A DNA stretch of 47,104 bases from a candidate division WWE3 bacterium CSP1-7 (GTDB lineage: Bacteria > Patescibacteriota > WWE3 > 9FT-COMBO-53-11). Position numbers and translations under genes: made by a program. Position 1 is the stretch's first letter; each line of letters starts with the position of its first letter. Shown one piece after another: positions 20,754-30,400 of this stretch. The stretch spans positions 1 to 47,104 of the forward strand of contig LDXK01000004.1 of assembly GCA_001443395.1 (NCBI GenBank), given 5' to 3'. The notes below the pieces were generated by a model. That model was given only the letters and a program-made list of their open reading frames with translations. It was not told the DNA's origin and did not search any database.

Positions 20754-20847
20754 GACCTTTCGCTTCGCTCAAGAGTCATCTCCCGCCCTCAGCGTGATAA
20801 GACCTTTCGCTTCGCTCAAGAGTCATCTCCCGCCCTCAGCGTGATAA
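20751..20847. repeat. Perfect tandem duplication of a 47-bp element
   Basis: TAAGACCTTTCGCTTCGCTCAAGAGTCATCTCCCGCCCTCAGCGTGA twice, plus TAA, starting at the rho stop codon. Confidence 0.95.
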
Positions 20848-21062
20848 TACCCTAGGTTTGCTTTTTACTCCCGATTTTGCTAAGCTAATCCTGTCCCTAA
20901 GAAATCCCCTGCCCATTTTTTTGTGCTCAAAAAGGGGTAATTCGCGTTAGCGCGAAATTGCAACCCGAGCGCAGAGCGAGGGACAGCACACTTATGGATA
21001 GGGTAGCGGACGAACGCCCTCCTTTATCCCTTCTGGATGGTTCGCAGCTCCGATTGGGATTG

Positions 21063-22208
21063 ATGGAGGAGGGAAAAAAAGAAACTCTTTTCGAGGATCT
21101 CTGGTCTTTTACCGGTTTATTTTCCACTTATCTTTTCCGGCGAGTTAGAGGTGTGCTCTCGGTTTTATTCCGAGCCGTTTTTTCCGGATTTGCCCTCACC
21201 GAACAGCTCAAAACTTGGCTCTCCCGTCTCTTTATCAGGAGAAAAGGACAGTTGGCTTTTCCTTTTGCCCACGCGACCCTGGTTGGCGTATCTTTGACTC
21301 TCTTGTTGGTCACCGCCGGTTTGGGCGGGATTATTTTTAAGAAGCCCAAGACCCTCTCCTCCATCAATCCGTTTATCCTGGAAAACAAAACCGAGCTCAA
21401 CACCCAGGAGTCCACGCTTTTGCGCGACGAAACAATTACCTACACCGTTGCGGAGGAGCTGAACATCTACCAAATAGCCGAAAACTTTCACATCCCGGGG
21501 GACGCCTTGATCTACGCCAACCGACTGCGCTACCCCTACACCCTTGAGGCCGGGCAAACCCTGGTGGTCCCCGCTTTCCAGATGAGCCTCTACGAGGTGA
21601 AGTCCACGGTTACGGTCGAGAGCGTGGCGAAGCTTTTCGGAGCGCAGCCTCAAGACATCATCGATTTCAACTACCTCTTTCCCGATGAGGACGGGGTTTA
21701 CCGGCTGCGGGAGATCGGTCAGAAGATCACGGTTCCGACCTATCAGCAAGGATCGACGGCCTGGGCGCCCGCGCCCAAGGGGGAGTGCAGCAATCCTGAG
21801 TTGATCTGGCCGACCACTTCTCGAGGGATTACCCAGCGCTGGAAGCCGTGGCACACCGGAATCGACATCGACACGGGGGTTGAGCCGCTGTTCGTAGCGG
21901 CGACTGGGACGGTCTCGGCGATCGCCCCGGAAGGCGGCGGAGTGGTCCCGAGTTACTTTTGGAACCACGAGAGCGGCGGGATGGTCATGATTGATCTCGA
22001 TGGGACCGGCTTTCGACTGGTCTACAAACACCTGTCCCGGATCGACGTCCGTACCGGACAGAAGGTTTCCCAGGGTAAAGTGCTCGGTCTCTCCGGTAAC
22101 ACCGGGAGATCGACCGGCACTCACCTTCACTTCGAGGTGCACTGCAATGGCGAGGCCACCGATCCCCTCTACTACTTGCCGGGGCCGGTGCAGTCCGTCT
22201 CCCTCTAA
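21063..22208 (+). CDS. Membrane-anchored LysM + M23 metallopeptidase
   Basis: TM segment, two LysM-like repeats, HTGID and SGNTGRSTGTHLHFEV. Start uncertain (the ORF is open from 20958). Confidence 0.88.
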   Translation: MEEGKKETLFEDLWSFTGLFSTYLFRRVRGVLSVLFRAVFSGFALTEQLKTWLSRLFIRRKGQLAFPFAHATLVGVSLTLLLVTAGLGGIIFKKPKTLSSINPFILENKTELNTQESTLLRDETITYTVAEELNIYQIAENFHIPGDALIYANRLRYPYTLEAGQTLVVPAFQMSLYEVKSTVTVESVAKLFGAQPQDIIDFNYLFPDEDGVYRLREIGQKITVPTYQQGSTAWAPAPKGECSNPELIWPTTSRGITQRWKPWHTGIDIDTGVEPLFVAATGTVSAIAPEGGGVVPSYFWNHESGGMVMIDLDGTGFRLVYKHLSRIDVRTGQKVSQGKVLGLSGNTGRSTGTHLHFEVHCNGEATDPLYYLPGPVQSVSL

Positions 22209-22226
22209 AGTATAATTAATCTGCCT

Positions 22227-22287
22227 GGGGCTGCTCCGCTCGACGGAGACTTTTAATGGGGAAGTGCAATCCTTCCCGGCTCCACCA
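22227..22287 (+). ncRNA. 61-nt tRNA-like RNA: Ala-identity acceptor stem + T-arm + CCA, no D or anticodon arm
   Basis: GGGGCTG pairs with CGGCTCC (G3:U70) followed by A-CCA. T-arm GGAAG-TGCAATC-CTTCC. One internal hairpin CTCCG-ctcga-CGGAG. TATAAT lies 10 nt upstream. Confidence 0.7.
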
Positions 22288-22291
22288 ACGG

Positions 22292-22366
22292 GGGGACGTA
22301 GCTCAACGGTAGAGCGCCGCATTCGCATTGCGGAGGTTGTGGGTTCGATTCCCATCGTCTCCACCA
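22292..22366 (+). tRNA. tRNA-Ala (CGC)
   Basis: Cloverleaf, G3:U70, anticodon arm CCGCA-ttCGCat-TGCGG, CCA. Confidence 0.96.
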
Positions 22367-22383
22367 TTGTTCCGATTGCGCTT

Positions 22384-22458
22384 GGGGACGTAGCTCAACG
22401 GTAGAGCACTTCCATGGCATGGAAGGGGTTGTGGGTTCGATTCCCATCGTCTCCACCA
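22384..22458 (+). tRNA. tRNA-Ala (GGC)
   Basis: Cloverleaf, G3:U70, anticodon arm CTTCC-atGGCat-GGAAG, CCA. Confidence 0.96.
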
Positions 22459-22483
22459 GTTTTTCAGTTATCTCGTTGGTTGA

Positions 22484-24469
22484 TTACTTCTTCTTTAACT
22501 CGTCGAGGACCTTTTTGGCTTCTTCGTATCCCTGGACGCCAGGATCGGAGAGCTGTAGAGCGGTTTCCAACTCCTGGATTGCCAGTGCCTTTTCTCCCAG
22601 TTCCTTGTAGGTTCGGCCAAGGTTGTAATGGGCGTTGGCGAAGTCCGATTTAAGGTTCACGGCGGCCCGGAACTGCTCCGCCGCCAGGTTGTACTGCGCT
22701 AGCTGGAAGTAGAGCCCTCCAAATCCCACCCGAAGGAGAGGGTTGAAAAGGTCCAGATTGATCGCTTTTTGGTAGGAATCGATCGACCATTGCTCGGCGT
22801 CTTTGGCGGCCCCGATCAGAGAACGGTAGATCTGGGCGAGGTTTTCCCAGTTGCCGGCATTGAGCGCATTAAGGTCGGTGGCGATGCGGGCCTCGTTGAT
22901 CGCCTGAGCAACCAGCTGCTTAACCTGCTGCTTATCGGCGTCGGTGGGATTCTCCCGCTTGGCGAGCTCGTTCGCGGTTAGGAAAGCTGTCTGGGAGAGG
23001 GAGAGACGATAGGAGGTTTGCCAGGGCAGAGAAGTAGAGCTCCTGACCTGGTCATTGTAAGCTTGCGCTAGATTATCGGTAGTGCGGGAATGCCGTTGCC
23101 AGTATTCGGCAGCGTAGGCGCGGTAGAGCCACATGAATTCGAGTATCCCTAATCCCATCACGATGAGAAGAGGGATCATGTGTTTCCAGCTAACTCTGTT
23201 AACCCCCGTTCCGGCGGCATCGTTTCCTTGGTCATGAGAGAGGGTACCCAGGGCGATTGCAAGTAACACCGCCGGCAGGATGGTGGCGTTGGTTAAAATG
23301 AATCCAACCAAGACGGCTCCCGCCAAAGGAAGAGTCTCCCATCCTTTTCTCCGGATCGCTTCCCGAACGACAACTACGATTAATATCAGCCACGCTAAGA
23401 TCCCAATAAGCCCTTCCTCGGCGAAAGTGAGGAGATACTCGTTGAGGGGTTTGTCGAAACGGATCGTCCAGAGTTGACTCTGGTTGAAACGCAACGGCTT
23501 GTAACGGGTGAAGTCCGAGAGGAAGGTCGAAGGACCCGATCCCCAAAACGGTTTCTGCCTAAAAGAGGTGGCGGAAACCGACCAGGAATTTCTCAAATCC
23601 AGGGTAACCTCCTGAGGAAAACTGCGGTTGAGGAAAGTGCTTTTGCCGAAGAGCGGGGGCCCAAAAACTATCAACGCGAAAACCAATCCGGCGGCGAGAG
23701 CGCCCAGAATGTGGAATCTGCTTTTGGTCAACGTTGCCAGCGAGCTGGTTAGAACCGTCGTCAGGACAGCGGCGACGAGGGCGAGACCACCGACGGCACT
23801 TCCTAGCAAGGTGAGGACAGCTGTGAATACAAAAAGATCGGCTGTCAGGGCGATCTTGAGCCAGCGATTCTGGGCATCAAGAAGTTTCTTTAGAACTACC
23901 CCCGCAACGGCACCGATGAAGAGAGCCAGAACCGCCGGGGAACCAAGGGGAGTAAAAGTAACGCGGTTGGACCAGTCCTGGCCAAACAGATTCGCTCCGA
24001 AGTATTGTGGCAAGAACAGCAGTGCTCCAACTGTGGCAGAGAAGACAAAAGCCCAGAGCAGGCGCCGCAGGGTTTTCTCGTTGATATGCCAACCGACCAA
24101 GAAGTAGAGAGCGGTAACGATCGTCACCGAGAAGAGCGATGGATGCCAGCGGGCGTACTGCCCGAACAACGAAACAATTCGGCTGTCGGAGAAGATGGTG
24201 GAGACGAGCGTGACTAGCCAGAACACCAGTACCGGAAGATCGAACGGGGAGCGGCGAATACCCAATTTCCCCGTCAGGACCGCTTTCAACGCCCACGCTA
24301 GCGCGCCCAGAGTTACTATGACCGCCAGCAAGATCAGTTTGTTGAACTCGTAGAACTCAACCGTAATCGGGAGAAAGAAAAGCGGCAGGAGAAAAGCCAG
24401 CCCGACGATCTCCCAGTTAATGAATTTTTCCGCCCATTCGGCAACTCGTTCGCGCATTATCTCAACCAT
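22484..24469 (-). CDS. O-antigen ligase / O-oligosaccharyltransferase-like polytopic membrane protein with C-terminal TPRs
   Basis: About 12 TMs, R..W....F.QKPFWGSGPSTF and LNEYLLTFAEEGLIG (Wzy_C-like), TPR tail (AVNLKSDFANAHYNLG). Confidence 0.85.
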   Translation of the reverse strand: MVEIMRERVAEWAEKFINWEIVGLAFLLPLFFLPITVEFYEFNKLILLAVIVTLGALAWALKAVLTGKLGIRRSPFDLPVLVFWLVTLVSTIFSDSRIVSLFGQYARWHPSLFSVTIVTALYFLVGWHINEKTLRRLLWAFVFSATVGALLFLPQYFGANLFGQDWSNRVTFTPLGSPAVLALFIGAVAGVVLKKLLDAQNRWLKIALTADLFVFTAVLTLLGSAVGGLALVAAVLTTVLTSSLATLTKSRFHILGALAAGLVFALIVFGPPLFGKSTFLNRSFPQEVTLDLRNSWSVSATSFRQKPFWGSGPSTFLSDFTRYKPLRFNQSQLWTIRFDKPLNEYLLTFAEEGLIGILAWLILIVVVVREAIRRKGWETLPLAGAVLVGFILTNATILPAVLLAIALGTLSHDQGNDAAGTGVNRVSWKHMIPLLIVMGLGILEFMWLYRAYAAEYWQRHSRTTDNLAQAYNDQVRSSTSLPWQTSYRLSLSQTAFLTANELAKRENPTDADKQQVKQLVAQAINEARIATDLNALNAGNWENLAQIYRSLIGAAKDAEQWSIDSYQKAINLDLFNPLLRVGFGGLYFQLAQYNLAAEQFRAAVNLKSDFANAHYNLGRTYKELGEKALAIQELETALQLSDPGVQGYEEAKKVLDELKKK

Positions 24470-24470
24470 A

Positions 24471-27400
24471 CTAGTTGTTTTCTCCTCCTGTCGTCAACTG
24501 CCCCTCTACCACCCACCAGCTGAAGGGAATATCGACATCCTGCGGTTGGGAAATCGCGACCGTGAATGATTCTTCCGGTTTGAGCTCGATGACCGCCAGA
24601 GGGACCGCGATCGCCACTTTCGGGGTAACGAAAACCCGGGATTTATCCGTAATCATCGAATTAGTAATCAGGATTTGGACTTCCCCAGCCGGAAGAACGG
24701 ACTCTCCGAGAGTTTCCCCCTCAACGGTAAGTTTCTTAATAGTAAGGTTGTCGATAAATGCGATGGCGATTTCCGCGACTTTAACGGTAATCTTCTCAAA
24801 AATTGCTTCCACAGCAACCTTTAAGGTTAGGAAGATTCCCTCATCAGCTTCGATTTGCGGGGTAATAATCTTTTGGGTTATCGGCTCCTTGGGTTGCTCT
24901 AGTGTATCGGTGGGGGAGTCGGTAGCTGGTAGTTCATCGTTCGTAGCAGGGAGTTCTGAATCGGTGGGCTGAAGTTCACTCGTTTCCGTTTCTCCACTTT
25001 GAACTGTTGACTCGGAACTATCAACTACCTCGGCCGCATCCCCCTCGTCGTCGACCACCACCCCCGGATCTCCCCAGCTAACGGCGAGGAAAGCGTCGAT
25101 CCTTCCGACTCCCGAATCCGGGCTCCAGTCTTCTAACGCTTTCGCAACGGAGAATCCCGGTTTGGCGAGTTTCTGGGCCATCCCCGGGTAGGTTCCGGAG
25201 GAAGTGAGGAGATCGCCGGCAGTAATAGCGGGGGAATCGGGAGCGATCTTGACCGGAACTCTTCCTGCCAATCCCACCAGCCGCCGGTCTTCCCGCGGGA
25301 TCCCCAACTCGACTCCCGCTTTAGTGGAGATGATCCCCATGATCTTCGGATCGGAGGTGACAGTAGCCTTCTGGATCTTCGGTACCCCGGCGTCGTCCTT
25401 CTCTCCCGCGATCGCAATCACGTCTCCCGCTTCGATCGAAAGATCACTTGTCGGATACCACTCCGCTAAGTCCGCCCCGAAGACGATTGCTTCCAACCGC
25501 ACGTTCTGGGTCGCGCCGGTGTAGTTGTAGAGTCTTACATTATTATTGTCCACCTGAACTGTCTTGTACCCCGTCTCGTAGTTGAAGTTAACATTGTGTA
25601 ATGTCGGGCGGTAACCGGTGTTGGAGGTCGTCAGAATCGCCCGGTATTGGATGTAATCGTTGGGAGTAGAAGTAATGAAGGACGCGTTCGGATCGGTTAA
25701 GTATCGATCGGTCGTCAGGTTATCAAAGTAAAGGGTGTAGCTGGTTCCCGGAGCAGTAATCCGAAAGTTTCGAACACCGTCGCGTTCGTGGTCGGGGATG
25801 TCGCTAATGTCCCAGTAAATCTTTTGCCAGGTGTTAACGGTGTCAATATGGAAGGACTCTTCGTGCTCAGTCGCGGCGGTTTCGCCGAATCCGAGTTTAA
25901 TCATGCTGCCGGTCACGGAACTACGCACCCACAGCGTAAGATAATCGTAAGGATTAAGATCGGTGGTCCCGATAATCCGCTCGGCATAGGTGTCGGCGTT
26001 GGCGCCGACGGTTAGTTTGGTGAGGTTGCCGGCCGTAGGTTCATCCTCATCTTCGTAATAATCGACATCCCGAGTCACATCCCCGTCCGCGACCGTAAGG
26101 AGGGCGGGATCATTGGCGACCCAGTTGGTATGGGTGTTGGCGTTATCAAGCATTAGCGTGTTGGTCGTGGCGGTGGACGGTTTCCAACTCTCCCAAGTCC
26201 CGTCGGTCGAGTTGTTGCTCTTTCCCGTGCGGGTTTGCAGTTGGACCATTCCGTAGGTATTCAGATCGGCGAGCCAGGTGAGGGGAGTATAGCCGACCGC
26301 GTTGGGAGTAGGGATCTCATCTGAGATAATGAGGCTGTAGTTGTTGCTGGCGGTACTGGCTAATTCTGCTGACGGAGAGGAACTTCCGGAGACGGTAGAA
26401 GCATAGTAAGTCGCGATTCTTCCTACTCCCCCAGTTCCGCCGTTGGTGGTTCCGGCAACTCCGTTTATGCAACCTGTCCCCCCACTTCCTGCGGAAGCAA
26501 TCGTTTTGCTTGTGCCCACATTGATACTATTGCCAACCAATTTGATCGACCCTCCCGCCCCGCCGCCTCCGCCTCCACCATAATCGCCGGCGCCGGCGCA
26601 ACTACTTGATGAGCCGGAGGATCCGTTGCTTTGCAAGTTCCCAGAAACGGTAGTGGAATCGGCCGAGATATAAATTATGCCCCCACCCTTTCCGCCATTA
26701 CCGCTGGTGCCATTGTAGCCACCCCCGCCTCCGCCTCCCGAACCAAAAAAGAGTTTGGTTAAATTACTATCTCCGTAAGTTCCTCCGCCCCCACCGGAAC
26801 CTCGCCCAACAGCGCCCCCATTACCGGAACTGTTGGTGCCACCGTTACTCCCAGCTGAAGTGTAGGCTCCTCCCGCGTTGCCCGGTCCGCCGTTCCCTCC
26901 CGCCCCGCCTCCCGCGATTCCTCCGCCGCCGCCCCCGGATCCACCGGAAGTCGTCGAACCCAAACCGGGAGAGTTTACATTCTCCCCACTCCCACCACCA
27001 CCTCCGCAGTAACCATTTCCGCCGGCGAGGTTACCACCACCGCCCCCGGCCGCGCCAGCCGCACCGGCAGTAGAAGAGGTGATACCACCGACTCCTCCAC
27101 TACCACAGATTGAATCCCCACCGTACCCGCCATAATCTTCGGTTGCTTCGCCAGCCGCTATACCAACACCCCCGGCGTATCCGACAGCATTAGCGTGAAT
27201 CGTCCCGTTGATGTTGGCGGAAACGGAAGCACGGAAGAACATCAATCCGCCCTTGGCGCCATTCCAAGTCGCCGGGAAGAAGTTGATCCCGGTATTGACG
27301 GTCAGAGTGCTGTAATTCGGGACCCGCTGGAGCATAACCCGCTGTGTGCCTTCGGTTGTTCCTAGGTTGGTATCGTCACTAGCACCATTGCCGTAGTATT

Positions 27401-30400
27401 TAGCTTTGGAAGAAGTGAAAGTGACCACGTTGTTGGCGATGCTTTGGATGTGGAGGGTTTCATAGTTTCCGGTGTTGCCAAAGGCGGTGTTGCTTCCTTG
27501 CAGATTAATCAGAAGGATTTCGTCTCCTGGATTCAAACAACCGGTTGAGGGTCCGGTTCCGGAAACTATGGTGGCGGTGTTCGCTGTCAAAGAGGAAACA
27601 TTGTAATTTACCGCGTCTCCACCGTCTAAACAACTTCGACCCGCGACAAGGTTGGTGGCGTTGATATTGGTGCTGGAGGAGACGGTGACGGAACCGTCCG
27701 CGCCGGTGCCCGGGTCAAAATCTCCTTGTTGGGTGACATTGGTCAACCCAATTTCCAAGCGGATGCTCTTGAAGTCGTCCAGCTCGTATTCCGTGATCGC
27801 CAAGCGGCCAGTGAGATCGTACTCGTCCACATTGTTTTGGTTGGCGAGGTGATCATCGATGGTCTTGGATCCGCTTCCGTCGGTGTAGTTGATCCGGACT
27901 TCCGAAAGGGTGGGGGTGTTGAGGATGCTAGTGGTGGTTAAGAGTGCCCGGTACTGGATGTAGCTGTTGGCGGTGGAAGTGATCGCCGAACCGGCATTGT
28001 CAGTCAGATAAACGTCGGAGAACACATTATCCAGATAAATCGTGTTGCTGGCGGTGGTCAGGTTGGTCAAGCGCAGTTTGGTAACCGCATCCCGGTTCGC
28101 GGCGGGGACATCGGAGATGTCCCAGTAGTATTTCTGCCAAACATTCGCGGTGTAAATCGTAATTGACTCTTCCCGTTCGGTCGCGACGGTTTCCCCGAAG
28201 CCGAACCTTAGCGAGGATCCGGCGATGCTCGCTCTGATCCAGAAAGCAAGATAGCGGCGGACGGAGATGTCCACAGGCGAGCCAACGGGAGTGGCTTCGG
28301 CGTATCCGCCGTTGGTGGAAGAGGTTATTTTGGTGATATTGGTCACGGTCGGTTCGTCTTCATCCTCAAAGTAGTTCACATCGCGGGTCACGTCCCCCTC
28401 CGCCACGGTTGCGTTCGTGCCAACCCAATTGGTGTGGGTATCGGCGCTTTCGAGCACTATTCCCTGCGGCCGCCACTCTTGCCAAGTTCCGTCCAAAGAA
28501 TTGCTGGTCGCGCCCGAGCGGGTTTGGAATCGGATTTCGGTGCCGGCAGGCAGATTTTCGGTCCAAGCGATCGTATCGAGGGAAACCGCGCCGGGGGTGG
28601 CGATTTCTTTGGAAGTAAATACTTTATAAGGGTTGAAATCGGCGACGCTGGAGTCGACGGTGTAGGTAGGGCTAGTGCTGCCGCTGATCGTCCCGGCATT
28701 ATAAACCGCGATCCTTCCCGACCCTCCGACCCCTCCTATGTTGGTGGCACCAAAAGAACCATTCTCACACCCGTTTCCTCCGGATCCTCCCGATGCCAGC
28801 ACCTTTGAAGCCCCAAGCGTAAGGTTGTTGCCAACAATTTTGATTGACCCACCAGCTCCGCCCCCGCCTCCACCCGCATATTCTCCTGCACCATCACAAC
28901 TGGTACCGGAGCTGGTGGGGCTCCCGTTGGCGGCATTGCTGGAAATCGTGCCGCTAACCGTGACCGAATCGGCGGCGATATAGACAATTCCACCGCTCGC
29001 TCCGCCCGCCCCTGCCGTTGGTCCGGTGTTATTGTAATCTCCCCCTCCTCCTCCCGCTGCGCCGAAGTAGAGTTTTGTGAGATTGGCATCACCGTAGGTT
29101 CCGCCCCCGCCGCCGGTGACGTAGAAGTTACCAGTATCAACACCCCCGTTACCTGAGCTGTTGGTTCCACCATTTTGTCCTGCTGCCCCACCTCCGCGAG
29201 CCGCTGGAGAAGTACCAAAAGTTCCGTATCCTGCCCCACCGCCACCTCCGATGTTGCCACCCCCTCCCCCGGAACCGCCTTGGGTCGCAGAACCCAAACC
29301 GGCTCCGGCAATAGACGTTCCACCTCCACCACCGCAAGAACCGTTACCTCCGGAGTAGGCCACGTTTTCGTGGCCGATTGCACCCCCTGCCGCTCCGCTA
29401 CCTCCGTTTCCAGCGCCTGAAGCACCCGTGCCCCCAATCCCGCAGAACGCCTCGCCGCCATTTCCGCCTCCGCCGTTTGGCGCAGCGCCGGAAGCCACTC
29501 CCCCCGCCCCTCCTCGATGCCCGATCGCGTTCGCGTTGATTGTGCCGGTGCCGTTAACCGCAACCGCTCCGGTGGCTCTAAAGAACATCACGCCGTTCTT
29601 GGTTCCATTCCAGGTCGCAGGGAAGAAATTGATCGCGGTGTTGACCGTGACCGAGGTGTAGTTGGGAACTCTTTGGAGCATCACTCTTTGAGTTCCTTCC
29701 GCGGTTCCCAGGTTGTTGTCGTCGCTGGCTCCGTCGCCATAGAATTTAGTTTTGGCGGTCGTAAAGTTAACCGTGTTAGTGACCACGCTCAAGACGCGCA
29801 AAGTTTCATAATTACCGACATTTCCGAGAGCGGAGTTCGTCCCGGCTACATTAATTAAGAGAATTTCGTCACCCACCGCCAAACATCCGGCGGAAGGAGT
29901 AGTGGAAAGCGTGGCGGAGGTGGAGGTAAGGGCGGTGGCGCTGTAATTAACCGCATCTCCGCCGTCGGCGCAGGAGCGGCCCACGATCAAGCTGGTGGCG
30001 TTGATGTTGGTGCTGGAAGAGACGGTAATTGCGCCGTCCGCCCCGGTTCCCAAGCTGAATTTGTTGTACTCTAGTTTAAGAGGATCGATCCGAAGAGTGG
30101 ATTGGCTGTCGGCAACATCAAAGGGACTGCGGACGCGATCGGCGTCGATCGTGAAAGTGCCATTGGGGTTGGTGAGGTTGATTCTAACCTTCGAAAGAAC
30201 GGGGGAGTTGAGGACGTTGGTCGTCGAGAGCACCGCCCGATATTGAATGTAATTGTTCGGCGAAGAAGTGATCGTGGATCCGCCACTGGTAACCAGGTAC
30301 TTGTCGGCAGTAACGTTATCAAACCAAATAGTATTGCCGTTGGTAATGCTGGTGATCCGCAGTTTGGTCACGCCGTTGCGCGATCCGGCGGCCACGTTTC

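Noticed and set aside
20751-20847. CRISPR array
   Set aside because: Two contiguous identical units with no spacer, and no cas genes in the window.
22234-22248. Anticodon arm (TCG) in the 61-nt RNA
   Set aside because: It would need C33 and a 4-bp stem directly after the acceptor stem, and it conflicts with the Ala identity elements.
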